Part shown: piece by piece, positions 18,862-30,632 of the stretch | Numbering within the stretch: the stretch's first letter is position 1 | Layout of the letters: each line of letters opens with the position of its first letter | NCBI GenBank assembly: GCA_031265365.1 | Contig: JAISCS010000206.1 | Location: forward strand, 1-43,686 | DNA: 43,686 nt | Direction: 5' to 3' | Origin: Verrucomicrobiales bacterium | GTDB taxonomy: Bacteria; Verrucomicrobiota; Verrucomicrobiia; Methylacidiphilales; JAAUTS01 | The notes under the pieces: generated by a model | Seen by the model: the letters and a program-made list of their open reading frames with translations, nothing else | What the model was told of the DNA's origin: nothing | Databases searched by the model: none | Program-made: the position numbers and the translations under genes

Positions 18862-20004
18862 ATGAAGATTATTGACCGCTATCTGCTCACACATCTGCTG
18901 CTGCCGTTCTTGTTCTGCCTGGCGAGTTTGTTTTGTATTTTCGTTATCATTGACTTGTTCGGTTCGATGGACGATTTCCTCAAAGCGCACACCCCCCTGC
19001 TCGCGGTGGCGCACATTTACGCCGTGATGTTCGGGCAAGTCGCGCCGCTGCTCATCCCGTTCGCGTTCTTCCTCGCGTGCGTGTACTTGCTGGGCAATCT
19101 ATCCGCGCACAAGGAACTCGTCGCCCTCATGTCCGCCGGCGTCAGCCTCTCGCGGTTGGTGGTGCCGTTCTTCCTCATCGCGCTGTGCCTCGCGGGCGTG
19201 GAATATTATCTGTACCTCGACCTCGCGCCCACCGCCGCCACCCGCCGCGCGGCGCTGACGCAGGAATGGTCGAAAAAAAACAAGCCGACGCGGGTGTTCA
19301 CCGGTGTCGTGTACAAAAACCCCAGGACCGGCGTGATGTGGTATATCCAGCACCTTGACACCGCCAGCGGTGCCATCACGCAGGCGGAAATCAACCTGCC
19401 CGACGACCGTGGTGGCGACCGTGAAAAATTCTTCGTCGCGCGCGGCAACTACCGCAACGGCTATTGGGACCTCGTCGGCATCCGGCAGATGACCTTCAGC
19501 AGCGGCGCGGCCGAGCCGCCGCACAACCTCGGCCAGCTCGACGCCACCTTCCTCACCGAATCACCGTGTGACCTCGCCGCCACGCTGTTGCGACCCGACG
19601 GCTACCCGTGGCGCGACCTGCACCGCTTCATCACCGCGCCCTATCAACCGTCGCCGCCGCGCATGGCGCCATACAAAACCGAGTACTTCCGCCGTCTGGC
19701 CGACCCGCTGCTGGCGCCGCTGCTGTGCCTATTCGCCTTCGCTGCCGGCATCGTGCACGACCGCAAGAACCGCGCCAGCGCGATGGTCAACTGTATGCTC
19801 ATCCTCGTCTCGCTGTTCATCGTCACGGAGATTTGCAACAAACTGGGCAACCGCAGCCGCATCACGCCGGAACTGGCGGGCTGGTTCCCCGTGCTGACCT
19901 ACGGCGGCATAGCGCTCGCGCTGTTCATCTACCGCGTCGGGATTTGGTGGGAATTTGTCTATCTGCTCAAGAGCAATTTGTGGCCACGAAAAGCCGTGAA
20001 ATAA
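18862..20004 (+). CDS. LptF/LptG family LPS export permease
   Basis: KIIDRYL start, ELVALMSAGVS motif, 3 TM + periplasmic domain + 3 TM. Confidence 0.9.
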   Translation: MKIIDRYLLTHLLLPFLFCLASLFCIFVIIDLFGSMDDFLKAHTPLLAVAHIYAVMFGQVAPLLIPFAFFLACVYLLGNLSAHKELVALMSAGVSLSRLVVPFFLIALCLAGVEYYLYLDLAPTAATRRAALTQEWSKKNKPTRVFTGVVYKNPRTGVMWYIQHLDTASGAITQAEINLPDDRGGDREKFFVARGNYRNGYWDLVGIRQMTFSSGAAEPPHNLGQLDATFLTESPCDLAATLLRPDGYPWRDLHRFITAPYQPSPPRMAPYKTEYFRRLADPLLAPLLCLFAFAAGIVHDRKNRASAMVNCMLILVSLFIVTEICNKLGNRSRITPELAGWFPVLTYGGIALALFIYRVGIWWEFVYLLKSNLWPRKAVK

Positions 20005-20113
20005 ATCTCGCGCCAAAACGCATATTTTTATTCTAATTAACTTTGCGTCCTGGCGTCTTTACGCGAGTTCTTGACCTTGATGGTGAAACTGGCAACATCA
20101 TACGCACAATTTC

Positions 20114-20194
20114 GGGCACGTGGCGAAATGGCAGACGCGCTGGATTTAGGTTCCAGTGGAGCAATCCATGTAGGTTCGAGTCCTATCGTGCCCA
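20114..20194 (+). tRNA. tRNA-Leu (anticodon TAG)
   Basis: Acceptor GGGCACG/CGTGCCC plus discriminator A; D-arm TGGCGAAATGGCAGACGC; anticodon stem CTGGA-TTTAGGT-TCCAG; long variable arm; GGTTCGAGTCC; CCA not encoded. Confidence 0.96.
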
Positions 20195-20222
20195 AGGTAC
20201 CCTTTCACGTGTGACGTTTTTT

Positions 20223-20455
20223 CCAATGCCCCGCAGGGGCTAAACCTTGAATAACCGTGGGTGGAAGGCCAGTCTGCTGGCATGGAACCCACGGACTGAC
20301 CTAGTGAGCAACAGCGTCCCCGCAGGGGGCGAATATCGATGCTTGGTTCGCCCCTTGCAGGGACGCTGTTACTCTCTATATCTACCCGTGGGTTCCGCTC
20401 GGCAGACCTCGCTCTACCCACGGTTATTCATGGTTTAGCCCCTACGGGGCATTGG
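20223..20455. repeat. 233-bp REPIN-like nested palindrome (GCCCCGCAGGGGC type)
   Basis: 20223-20262 pairs with 20416-20455; inner pairs GGAACCCACGG/CCGTGGGTTCC and AACAGCGTCCCCGCAGGGGGCGAA/TTCGCCCCTTGCAGGGACGCTGTT. Confidence 0.9.
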
Positions 20456-20489
20456 CCTGCTTCCACTGCCCACGGGATAGAATCTTTGG

Positions 20490-20693
20490 GGTTCCCCATC
20501 GTTAGCCGTGGAAGCGCTGACGCCGTCAAACCCCGCCAACCATGCCCTGCGTCAGCAAATTCCCCTTCCGAGAAGGGGTGGCCGCGTAGCGGACGGGGTA
20601 GTTCAGCGTTACCGGGCACTTGGCACCGAACGCCGAACTACCCCATCGCTACGCGTCACCCCTTCACAATTCCTCTGATAATGGGATAGAACC
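20490..20693 (+). mobile_element. Complete MITE copy 4 (204 bp)
   Basis: GGTTC...GAACC ends; flanks ATCTTTGG / ATCTTTGA; adjoins a solo right end at 20461-20484. Confidence 0.85.
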
Positions 20694-20810
20694 ATCTTTG
20701 ATAATCATTAATGGGAATGCAAACCACTGTTACGCCTGGCATGTGTTCGGGCAACACCAGATAACACCGCCGCGCGGTTGACGCTGATGGTGACCGCCAA
20801 CGTCATGATA

Positions 20811-21473
20811 TTATTCTTCCGCACCCATCATCACGCGGCGGATTTTTTTCAGGCCGTCCTGCATTTTATCAGGCAACCGCAACGGCGGGTCGGGCGGTGG
20901 CGCGTAGGAATACACAACCTGCATCACGGCGGAATCAAGGCATAATGGAAAGAGCTTCTCAACATCCACCCACGCGGTCCATTCGTTGTTTTGATAAACG
21001 TGACACTTGCGACCCTGCCACGGCTTGACGCCTCGGTAAGTACTCGCCGTAATCCATTTCAAGTTTGGCAGCACGTCCTCAGGCGGCGATTGCGAAAAAT
21101 CCCAAGTTTTCATGTCCTGGGACACGCGGTGAAAGCGGAGGTCACCGTAGCGCCAAAATTCATACCGCAGATTATTGGTGTATTCGCGCGTCTCCAAACC
21201 GACAGTGCCACTCATGGCAATTTCCAATTTTAGCACCTGCGGCGAGGCGTTGAAAAAATCCCGCACCTTTTGTTGTGCCGGGGTTAGTTTGGGGTCAAGC
21301 GGTTTCTGTTTGTAAGTGAAGACGGCACTGATGGTGACGTCAGTGGCCGACGAGTTACGGTAAAGTGGCGTTGGCGGTGTTAATTTGGACTTGGTTTCCG
21401 CTGCCGTCACCGTCAACGCCAAGGCTAGAAACACAACGCTGACACTGAGGAAAATACTGGTTTTGTTATTCAT
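20811..21473 (-). CDS. Hypothetical secreted protein
   Basis: Signal peptide from MNNKTS (21473); starts 4 bp after the giant pilin-leader gene, so likely the same operon. Confidence 0.75.
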   Translation of the reverse strand: MNNKTSIFLSVSVVFLALALTVTAAETKSKLTPPTPLYRNSSATDVTISAVFTYKQKPLDPKLTPAQQKVRDFFNASPQVLKLEIAMSGTVGLETREYTNNLRYEFWRYGDLRFHRVSQDMKTWDFSQSPPEDVLPNLKWITASTYRGVKPWQGRKCHVYQNNEWTAWVDVEKLFPLCLDSAVMQVVYSYAPPPDPPLRLPDKMQDGLKKIRRVMMGAEE

Positions 21474-21477
21474 AATT

Positions 21478-24400
21478 TTACTCCACCACCGGTTCGAGTT
21501 GCTGGTCCACAATCTCCCCGGTGAACCGGTCAATGGCGATGTGTAGCCAGTAATGTTTTTCACCCTCGACGATGAAATTTCGCAAGTCGTTCACGCCGGA
21601 GCCGTAACGCCCGACTTGCGCGACAAGGTCAATCAACAAATTCCAAGTCCGCACTTGCACACTGCCGGTGAGCGCGCGCAACACCGCCTCATGCCGCCCC
21701 TTGCTGTCAACGGAGAAATTGGCCCTGTCAATTACGCCATTATTGCCCGACATCACGACTGGCAGGTCGCCAAGGCTGGACAGCGGCAGTGCCCCGGCGC
21801 GCTCGTTGATAATTCGGGCGATTTTTGACATGTCACTGGCGGTAAGCGTGTCGTTGTCGCTGACGGTGGCGGTGCCGGATGAAAATTTTGCGTAGTCATT
21901 GGCAGCGCCACTGATGATGGATTCCAGCACCAGCGCGCCGCCGTTGTTGTAATCACGTGCGGCACTGTTGAGATTAATTTTGCCCGCGACCGCGGCAACC
22001 GCGGGCGTGCCACCGTCAGCGCGCGGCACACCGCTGCCGATGTAAAAAACATCGAGCAAGCCGGTGTCGGCGCTGTTGGCGGAAAACAAATTCAACGTTT
22101 TCCACGGGTCGTCGCGAAACACATAACCCAGCTCGGCCATGCTGCGAAAGCGGCGGTTGAGCATGATGGGCCGGCGGCTCGCCGCTGACGATGCTTGCGG
22201 CGCATAACCTTGGCCACCGACAGCATCAGCGTGGCGGAGTACAAAATCACGGTCGGTGTAGTAGGTGCCGTTCGCCTGTTCATTGCTTGCCCAGTTTGCC
22301 ATGCTTTTGGTAACGCGCATGAATGTGGCATTGCCGTTGGAATCAATCGGACCGTTCGGCGACTCCGTCGGCCTTTCGCCGTCTCTGTAAAAATGCGGTC
22401 CCCAAGTGAATTGTCTGTCAAGATTGACCTGCTCCGATGGATTAAAATTGAACGCCAGCACGGACTGGTTGTTTTGGAAACCGTTGGGAATGCCGCTTGG
22501 CGAGTCCGACAGTTGCAGATTGGTCCGCTGCGAGCGCGGGTCGCTGAAATATAAGGCCACGGCCTCCTTGTTATTCGCGCGCCGGAAGATGTTGGGCACC
22601 AAATTACTGGCATTATTGGTAATAAGCCGTCTTGCCGGCATATTTTGCCCCGGACCAATTTGCTGCCATGCATTATTGACAATATACTCATAGTATTCCG
22701 GCACAATAGCGTCATAATTGGTGTTATTCCAAGTGGGGTCATTTTCCTCCATGAACGGGTTGCCGCGTCCCTCAATGTCATTGGTTATGGAATTCAACGT
22801 TTGGTAGGTGTGCCAAGTGCCGGGACTGGCCGGGTCCTCGTATTGCAGATGAATGCGTATCGGCCCGCCGCTGGCCTCAAATTCACCTGTCGCGGTTTCC
22901 CTCAGCAACGGCCAAAAACGGCTGTAAACCACGGCACCCCCGCCAAGTGGCGGATACCGATAGTTGCTGGGTGGGATATGCGTCCATTGCCGGGCGTCCC
23001 TATTAGTTTCCCGCCACCAATAAAACCTTTTTCCGTCACTGTCAACTTCTTCCGGCTGGCCACCACCGCCGGTGACGGTGATTGTCGGCGGGTCATTATA
23101 CATCGGAAAAAGCGGCTCGGTCTGTGGAATCTTGAATGGATTTTCCGGCGCATACGACCAGCCGGTATAAATGGCGGCGCGCTTCCAGCCATATTGCGAG
23201 CGCACGATGCCAAAGCGGTCATTCAGGTTTGCGCTGCCCGGATTTTTGGAGTCCGAGGTGTAGGCTTTGTCTATGCCTGAATTAATCAAGTCCGTCGGCT
23301 CGGCACAATTATTATAGTCAGCCAGCTTGAACGCCACCCACGCCGGACCGGACGGAGTAGTGTTCGAGGTCGGCGACGGGGCGGTGGACGGCACAAGCGC
23401 GCGGTTGAGGCCGAGAAAAGTCCGCCTTTGATAATAGTGCCCCTCCTCGGACGCCACATCCTGATATTTTGAAAAATCATGAATCTGCGGGCAAATACTG
23501 CCATTGGTGGCGAGAATCCTCACACTCGGCGGGCGCAACGCGATACCGGAGTTCAACAAATCAGCGGCGTTTTGGTGCGGATTCCACAGGCCGAAATTCA
23601 GCCAGCTATGCAAATAAGCATGCCAGTCGTTGGGCCATATCGTATTGTCAACTGCACCCTCCGCGAAGCTGACGACGCTCTGGCCGATTGACAAAATATA
23701 AGGCAAATTTTCCACGCCGTAAAATGACTTGCCGCCCATGCGGATTTCCGTCGGAAAATTGTCCTCGTCCCACTGGTCAATGATGTTCGCGCCAATCTGT
23801 AAAATTTGATGTTTTTCCTGCGCGTAAATCAGCGCATATATATCATCGCTTATGGCCTCAAAACGTCCGATTGGGGCGCTGATGATGGAGCCGCGGTTGC
23901 CGCGATTGTCGGTAAAAACCTGCATGTCTTGCATGCGCCGGAACTCGCCGCGATTTAAGGCCAAGTTGGACTCCGGATATCCGGTGGTGAGACCAAGGCT
24001 GCCCCGCAAAATGACGGCTTGGAGCAACTCGAAAAAATCCGGCTCACGCCCGGCGGCAGCCACTTCCGCCAGGGTGCAAATCCGCACACGCTCGTCGCTA
24101 GTGCGCCCGCCATGGTCGTATTCCCATGCGCCGCCGATGCACACACCGTTACTGGGATTAACCGTGCCATCGGGTATGCGGCGCAATCCGAAATTATCAT
24201 ATATATTTTTCTCAAAGTCAGCGTCAGCGGGAAAATAACTTGGCCGCACGCCGTTGAACCTCAGCCAGTCAATTTTTGCAAGGTCGAAGCGATACTTGAC
24301 CAGCGACTCGCCAACTTCCATCCTTTCGCCGCTCAATCTCGTGCCGCTGACGCTGACAGTGACGTTGGGAATAAAGCGATTGTTCGAGGCGGGGTCATCG

Positions 24401-25552
24401 CGCTTGGCATAATAATCGTAAGTGGGGCGGGTGCCTGTGTCCGGGTCAATTGGCGTGAGCATTCCCGGATTATTGATACCGCTCCAAAACTCGGCGTCAT
24501 GGGCCGGTCCCCAAGAGGGCGCGTTTTTCTCGCGCGAAAATGTTGTGAAATACGGGTAAAAGTCCTCGAAGCCAAGCCGTTGCGCGGCGTCGAGAAAATC
24601 CTGCCGGCTGACAAACACACTGTCACCGTCAGCGACGCGCCGGAACCCGCTGGCCGACGCCGCGCCGGTGCCGCTGAGGTATTCGACGTAGGTCGTGCCA
24701 CTGGCCGCGCTCTGACGGTTGCGATACTCCTTGACCAGCTCGTCAACATCAGCGGCGCCCAAGCCGAGCCGGGTCAGGTCGGCGTAACCGACATTACCCT
24801 TGCGCGCGACCTCGTCGTCAGCGACATCGCTCGCGTGCCCGATGGCGTTGATGTCCGGCAAGCCGCCCGTGTCATACACGATGTAGGCGTAACGACCGAT
24901 GACAAAATCCGCGTTGCCCGCGACACTGTCAGCGAGCGTGCCGGAGCTGAGCAACGCCTCCGCCCGTTCCGCCGCCAGCGGCCCGCGCCGTGTGAACAAC
25001 ACCCAGTGCGGGTCAATGCTCGTCGCCAGCGTGTCGCTGTTGCCGATGAACGCCCGCTCCCAACGCGCATGGTCAATATAGCGGCCATTCGCCGCCGGTG
25101 TCGCGGCGCTGACGTTGACCGCCGGCGCGCCGCCGCTGGCGGTGAATTCGTCACCCTCCCACAGCGGGCGGTCATTCGCGCTCCATTTGATAAGATTAAA
25201 CGGCACCGTGCCGCTACCGCTAAGGTCCGCGTCGCGCACCATGCGGAACGGCAGCATATTTTCGGGCACCGCCGGTTCGAACGCCCCCGCCGAACCGTTG
25301 ACCGTGGAGCCGGCCTTGATTTCCTCTAACAAATCCGCCTTGACGAAATCCAGCGCGCTGGCGGCGAGCACCTGCGCCCGCGCCTGCGCCGCGCTGGAAA
25401 AGGAAATTTTTCGATTCAACCGCGCCTGGCCGAAGAAGGCGAGCACGCTGACGGTTATCAACAGCAGCGCGAACAGCGCGATAATGAGCGCCGCGCCACG
25501 GGAAGCCCAGCCTTGACTAGCAACTAAATAGTGTCTACCCCCCCCCCCTCAT
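21478..25552 (-). CDS. Large prepilin-leader surface protein (Verru_Chthon cassette protein A / PilX-like), frameshifted at a G11 tract near the start
   Basis: Frame stays open upstream of 25461 and reads ...SRG/AALIIALFALLLITVSVLAFF (class III-like leader); C-terminal RTWNLLIDLVAQVGRY...YWLHIAIDRFTGEIVD; nearest ATGs (25552, 25567, 25630) are out of frame by one base. Confidence 0.78.
25538..25548 (-). promoter_or_regulatory. Poly-G11 tract, candidate slipped-strand ON/OFF switch
   Basis: ATG-A-G11-TAG stops at once; G10 or G13 would give MRGGG(G)RHYLVASQGWASRGAAL... in frame with the large ORF. Confidence 0.7.
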
Positions 25553-25695
25553 TAAATATTTATACATTGTATAATGTGTGGAAATATCCGATTGTTGAAG
25601 GAGCGTGTTTCGTTTGTGCGACTTTTTCATTTTTGCAATATTCCATTCCCTCACTGGAAAATGCAAGCATTTTTTATTTGATTTTTCACCGCCGT

Positions 25696-25734
25696 AACAA
25701 AACAGCCCCGGTGTTGTGCCGGGGCCGTTTTGTT
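25696..25734 (-). terminator. Rho-independent terminator downstream of gdhA
   Basis: Stem GCCCCGG-7 nt loop-CCGGGGC with T-rich tails on both strands. Confidence 0.8.
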
Positions 25735-25752
25735 TTGCGAATAACACGCGGA

Positions 25753-27252
<1,500 letters not shown>

Positions 27253-27317
27253 TTAAATGAGTTCAAAGTGCTCTAGCGCCAGTACCGTGCTGGGTAGTGC
27301 GTCAGTTTGATTTTTTA

Positions 27318-27350
27318 ACACGAAGGCGCGAAGAACGCAAAGGCGCAAAG
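27318..27350 (+). repeat. Solo 9-nt-period arm (CGCGAAG/CGCAAAG type)
   Basis: ACACGAAGG CGCGAAGAA CGCAAAGG CGCAAAG immediately beyond the maf stop codon. Confidence 0.6.
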
Positions 27351-27351
27351 T

Positions 27352-27939
27352 TCAGCGGTCGGGGTGGGCTTCTCTCCACCAGCGGGTGATGATTTCCATC
27401 GGCAGACCGATGATGTTGGTGGGGGAGCCTTCGATGTGGGCGACGATTAGCTCGCCGTGCTCTTGGTAGCCGTAGGCGCCGGCTTTGTCCATGACGTTGA
27501 CTTTGGTTAGATAATCGTTGATGAGCGCGTCGGTCAGCGGGCGGAAGGTGACGCGGGTGCGCTCGACGTGGGTTTTGAGTCCACCGTCAGCGGCGGTGCC
27601 GTCTCGCCAGGCGATGCCGGTGAGGACTTCGTGGGTTTTGGCGCTGAGGAATTTGAGCATGGCGATGGCCTCTTGACGGTCGGCGGGTTTGCCCATGAAA
27701 CGGCCCGCGCACCAGACCGTTGTGTCGGCGGCGAGGATGATGGCGCGCGGGTGACGGTCAGCGACGCGGCGAACTTTGCGTTGGGCGTTGGCGAGGACAA
27801 TTTCGGCGGGCGTCAGCGCGGGGTGGGTGCGGTGGTCCCATTCGTCAAGGTCGGGAACGACGACGGTGAAGGGAATGCCGGCCGCCGCCAGCAAATCACG
27901 ACGGCGCGGTGAGGCGGAGGCTAAAATCAAGGGGGACAT
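27352..27939 (-). CDS. maf: Maf family nucleoside triphosphate pyrophosphatase
   Basis: LILASASPRRRDLL, ADTTV, GKP, DKAGAYG, IIGLP. Confidence 0.93.
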   Translation of the reverse strand: MSPLILASASPRRRDLLAAAGIPFTVVVPDLDEWDHRTHPALTPAEIVLANAQRKVRRVADRHPRAIILAADTTVWCAGRFMGKPADRQEAIAMLKFLSAKTHEVLTGIAWRDGTAADGGLKTHVERTRVTFRPLTDALINDYLTKVNVMDKAGAYGYQEHGELIVAHIEGSPTNIIGLPMEIITRWWREAHPDR

Positions 27940-27954
27940 GACGCTGACGGTGGC

Positions 27955-30195
27955 TTATTTTTTCGCGGCGACTTGGTCGCTGACGCTCAGGTTTATCCAG
28001 TCGGCCAAAATTCGCGCGGTCTCGCGCAGGGTGAGGTCGGCGGCGAAGTTGTCCATGACGGTGAGTTTTTTGTTGTTGCCGGCGCTGTCATCCTCGGCGT
28101 CGGTGTCGCCGTCACTGTCAGCGACGAGGTCTTTTTTATCGTCAGCCTCGTTGCCGATTTTCTCGACGATGTTGTTTTTGTCGTCGAAGCTGAGGGTGAC
28201 GATGAGCGGCAGCTTGGCGGCGATGGCCTTGATGGTTTGCGTGCGCTCGTCGTTGCGTTTTTTCTCGTCAGCGGCCTCGGCGACGCGCTTGACCTCGTTC
28301 AGCGAGGAGCGTTTGTCCTCCTGATGTTTTTTCACGAACGCGATGTCGTCCTCCAGCAGCTTATAGTCAGGGTCGGCGGCGACGCGCGCGGCGGAGTCCT
28401 TGGCCAGCGCTGGCAGGGACGGGCCATAGGGTTTGGACCACTTGGCGAACTTGGTGGTTTCAATTTCGTCCCATGGCAGGGCGTGCGGCAGACTGGCCTC
28501 GCCGAGGTCGAGATAATCCAGCGTGGAGGGCAGTTGAATATCAGGGATGACGCCGCGCATTTGCGTGGAGTGGCCGTTGGGGAGATAGAATTTCTGGATG
28601 GTGATTTTCAGCGAGCCGGAGTCGGGCGCGAGGCCGAACAAGCTGGGGATGAAGCGGTTTAACTCGGCGACGGTTTGCACGGTGCCCTTGCCGTGGGTGC
28701 TGTGGTCGCCGACGATGATGGCGCGTTGGTAATTTTGCAGCGCGCCGGCGGCGATTTCCGAGGCGGAGGCGCTGTATTTGTTGGTGAGGACGACGAGCGG
28801 GCCGCCGTAGACGAGGGCGGGGGTGTCGTCGGCGAGGACTTGCTTGCGGCCGCCCGCGTCCTTGACCTGGACGACGGGGCCTTGGTTGATGAACAGGCCG
28901 GCGAGTTTGACGGCCTCGTTGAGCAGACCGCCGCCGTTGGAGCGCAGGTCGAGCACCAAGCCGTCAATGTTTTTCTCCTTCAGTTTTTCGAGAAGTTGCC
29001 GGACGTCGTCGGAGCAACCAGTGTCGACGCCATTTTCCCCGTCGCCGGTGATGTTGTAAAAACCGCCGAGCTTGATGACGCCGATTTGGAACGTTTTGCC
29101 ATCGCCGCCGGTCAACGGGAACAACACCGCCTTGGCGCGCTGCTGGTTGACCTTGACCTCGTTGCGAACGATTTTGATTTCCTCGCGCGCGCTCTCGGAA
29201 CCGGCGGGGATGATTTTCAGCCGCACCGTGGTGCCCTTGTCGCCGCGGATGAGGCGCACGGCGTTGCGGAGCGGCATTTCGATGATGTCCGTGTAATCGG
29301 CGTTGCCTTGGGCGACGGCGATGATTTTGTCGCCGGGCTTGAGCCGCTTGTCAAGGTCAGCGGGGCCGCCGGCGATGATTTCGTTGATGACGCAATAGCC
29401 ATCCTTGGTCATCAGCACCGCGCCGATGCCGACGAGTTTCAGCTGCATGGCGATGCGGAAATCTTCCTCGCTCTTGCGGCTCATGAAACTGGTGTGCGGG
29501 TCGTACAACGCTGACAGTGAGGTCAGGTAAGTCTCGATGACGTCCTCGTGGTCGAGTTGGTCGAGGTTTTTCTTGAGCAACGCGTAGCGTTTTTTGATGG
29601 TCTTGACCGGCTCCGTGTTTTTTTTCTTCTCGCTTTTCTCGCCGAGGCGGTCGAACAGCACCTCGTATTTCAGGCGTTCCTCCCAGAGCTGGTCAGCGGC
29701 AGCGGCGTCGGCGGGCCAGTCGGCTTTCGAGCGGTCGGCGGTGTAATAATCATCGGCGGTGAAATCGAACGGCTTGGTCAGGCGTTGCTGCACCCATTTC
29801 ATGCGGTCGTCAACGCGCTGCTGGAAGACTTTGAAAATCTCGAACGCGGGAGTGAAATCGCCGCGCCGGATTTTGTCGGCGACGGTGGGCGTGTCGCTGC
29901 CGGTGAACTGTTCCACGTCGCTTTTCAGGAAGAACAAATGGGTGCCGTCGAGGTTCTTCATGAAGTTTTCCAGCCACTCCTTGCTGGTGGCGCGGTCAAT
30001 GGGATGGCGGGCGAAGTGGTCGTTTTCGAGGCAGCGGGCGACGAGGGCGGCGGACTGGCGGTAGAGTTGGTCAATTTGCTCGCTGCTGGCGGCGGGCTTG
30101 GGCGCGGCGTCGGTGGCGTGGTCGGGCTTGCCGCAGCAGGTCAGCGTCAGCGTGCCCGACCAAGCCAGAGCGAGAAGATAATGGTTGAGTCGCAT
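27955..30195 (-). CDS. prc: Carboxy-terminal processing peptidase (Prc/Tsp, S41), probable lipoprotein
   Basis: DPHTS, PDZ (GIGAVL), DLRSNGGG, SASASEI, HGKGTVQ, STQMRGVIPDI, ALPWD; Cys after the signal peptide. Confidence 0.92.
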   Translation of the reverse strand: MRLNHYLLALAWSGTLTLTCCGKPDHATDAAPKPAASSEQIDQLYRQSAALVARCLENDHFARHPIDRATSKEWLENFMKNLDGTHLFFLKSDVEQFTGSDTPTVADKIRRGDFTPAFEIFKVFQQRVDDRMKWVQQRLTKPFDFTADDYYTADRSKADWPADAAAADQLWEERLKYEVLFDRLGEKSEKKKNTEPVKTIKKRYALLKKNLDQLDHEDVIETYLTSLSALYDPHTSFMSRKSEEDFRIAMQLKLVGIGAVLMTKDGYCVINEIIAGGPADLDKRLKPGDKIIAVAQGNADYTDIIEMPLRNAVRLIRGDKGTTVRLKIIPAGSESAREEIKIVRNEVKVNQQRAKAVLFPLTGGDGKTFQIGVIKLGGFYNITGDGENGVDTGCSDDVRQLLEKLKEKNIDGLVLDLRSNGGGLLNEAVKLAGLFINQGPVVQVKDAGGRKQVLADDTPALVYGGPLVVLTNKYSASASEIAAGALQNYQRAIIVGDHSTHGKGTVQTVAELNRFIPSLFGLAPDSGSLKITIQKFYLPNGHSTQMRGVIPDIQLPSTLDYLDLGEASLPHALPWDEIETTKFAKWSKPYGPSLPALAKDSAARVAADPDYKLLEDDIAFVKKHQEDKRSSLNEVKRVAEAADEKKRNDERTQTIKAIAAKLPLIVTLSFDDKNNIVEKIGNEADDKKDLVADSDGDTDAEDDSAGNNKKLTVMDNFAADLTLRETARILADWINLSVSDQVAAKK

Positions 30196-30290
30196 AAAAC
30201 GGGTTTGACCTTAGGCCAAAGCAGTGGTCCTGTCATTTGCTTTATGATTACAAATCAGTAATTGGTAGGCTAAATGAGACCAATAAAAAA

Positions 30291-30348
30291 CGCCGCGTCT
30301 CCGCGCAAACATTTTAATTTTTTCAAGGTTCGTGCAGAGACGCGGAGA
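30291..30348. repeat. GAGACGCGG-family arms (inverted pair)
   Basis: CCGCGTCTCCGCGCAAAC, AT-rich loop, GTTCGTGCAGAGACGCGG. Confidence 0.75.
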
Positions 30349-30364
30349 TTGGAACCAAAAAACT

Positions 30365-30582
30365 GGTTCCTCGCTGTTAGCAGTGGCAGCGTTGACGCCG
30401 CCCCCCTCACCGCCCCAGCCTTCTGCGCCAGCGCATTCCCCTTCCGTGAAGGGGTGGCCGCAGAGCGGACGGGGTAGTTCAGCGTTAACAGGGACCTCGC
30501 CCCAAACGCTGAACTACCCCGGCGCTCCGCGCCACCCCTTCACGGAAGGGGAATTAAATTCCTCTGTTCACGGGATAGAACC
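30365..30582 (+). mobile_element. Complete MITE copy 5 (218 bp)
   Basis: GGTTC...GAACC ends with a perfect 8-bp duplication AAAAAACT (30357-30364 and 30583-30590). Confidence 0.9.
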
Positions 30583-30632
30583 AAAAAACTAGAATCTGGT
30601 GTTTTTTGAAAATGCCGGTAGCTTGTTATTCC

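Noticed and set aside
20195-25750. Integrative element or prophage at tRNA-Leu
   Set aside because: No integrase, no phage genes, and I found no duplicated tRNA 3' end (att site)
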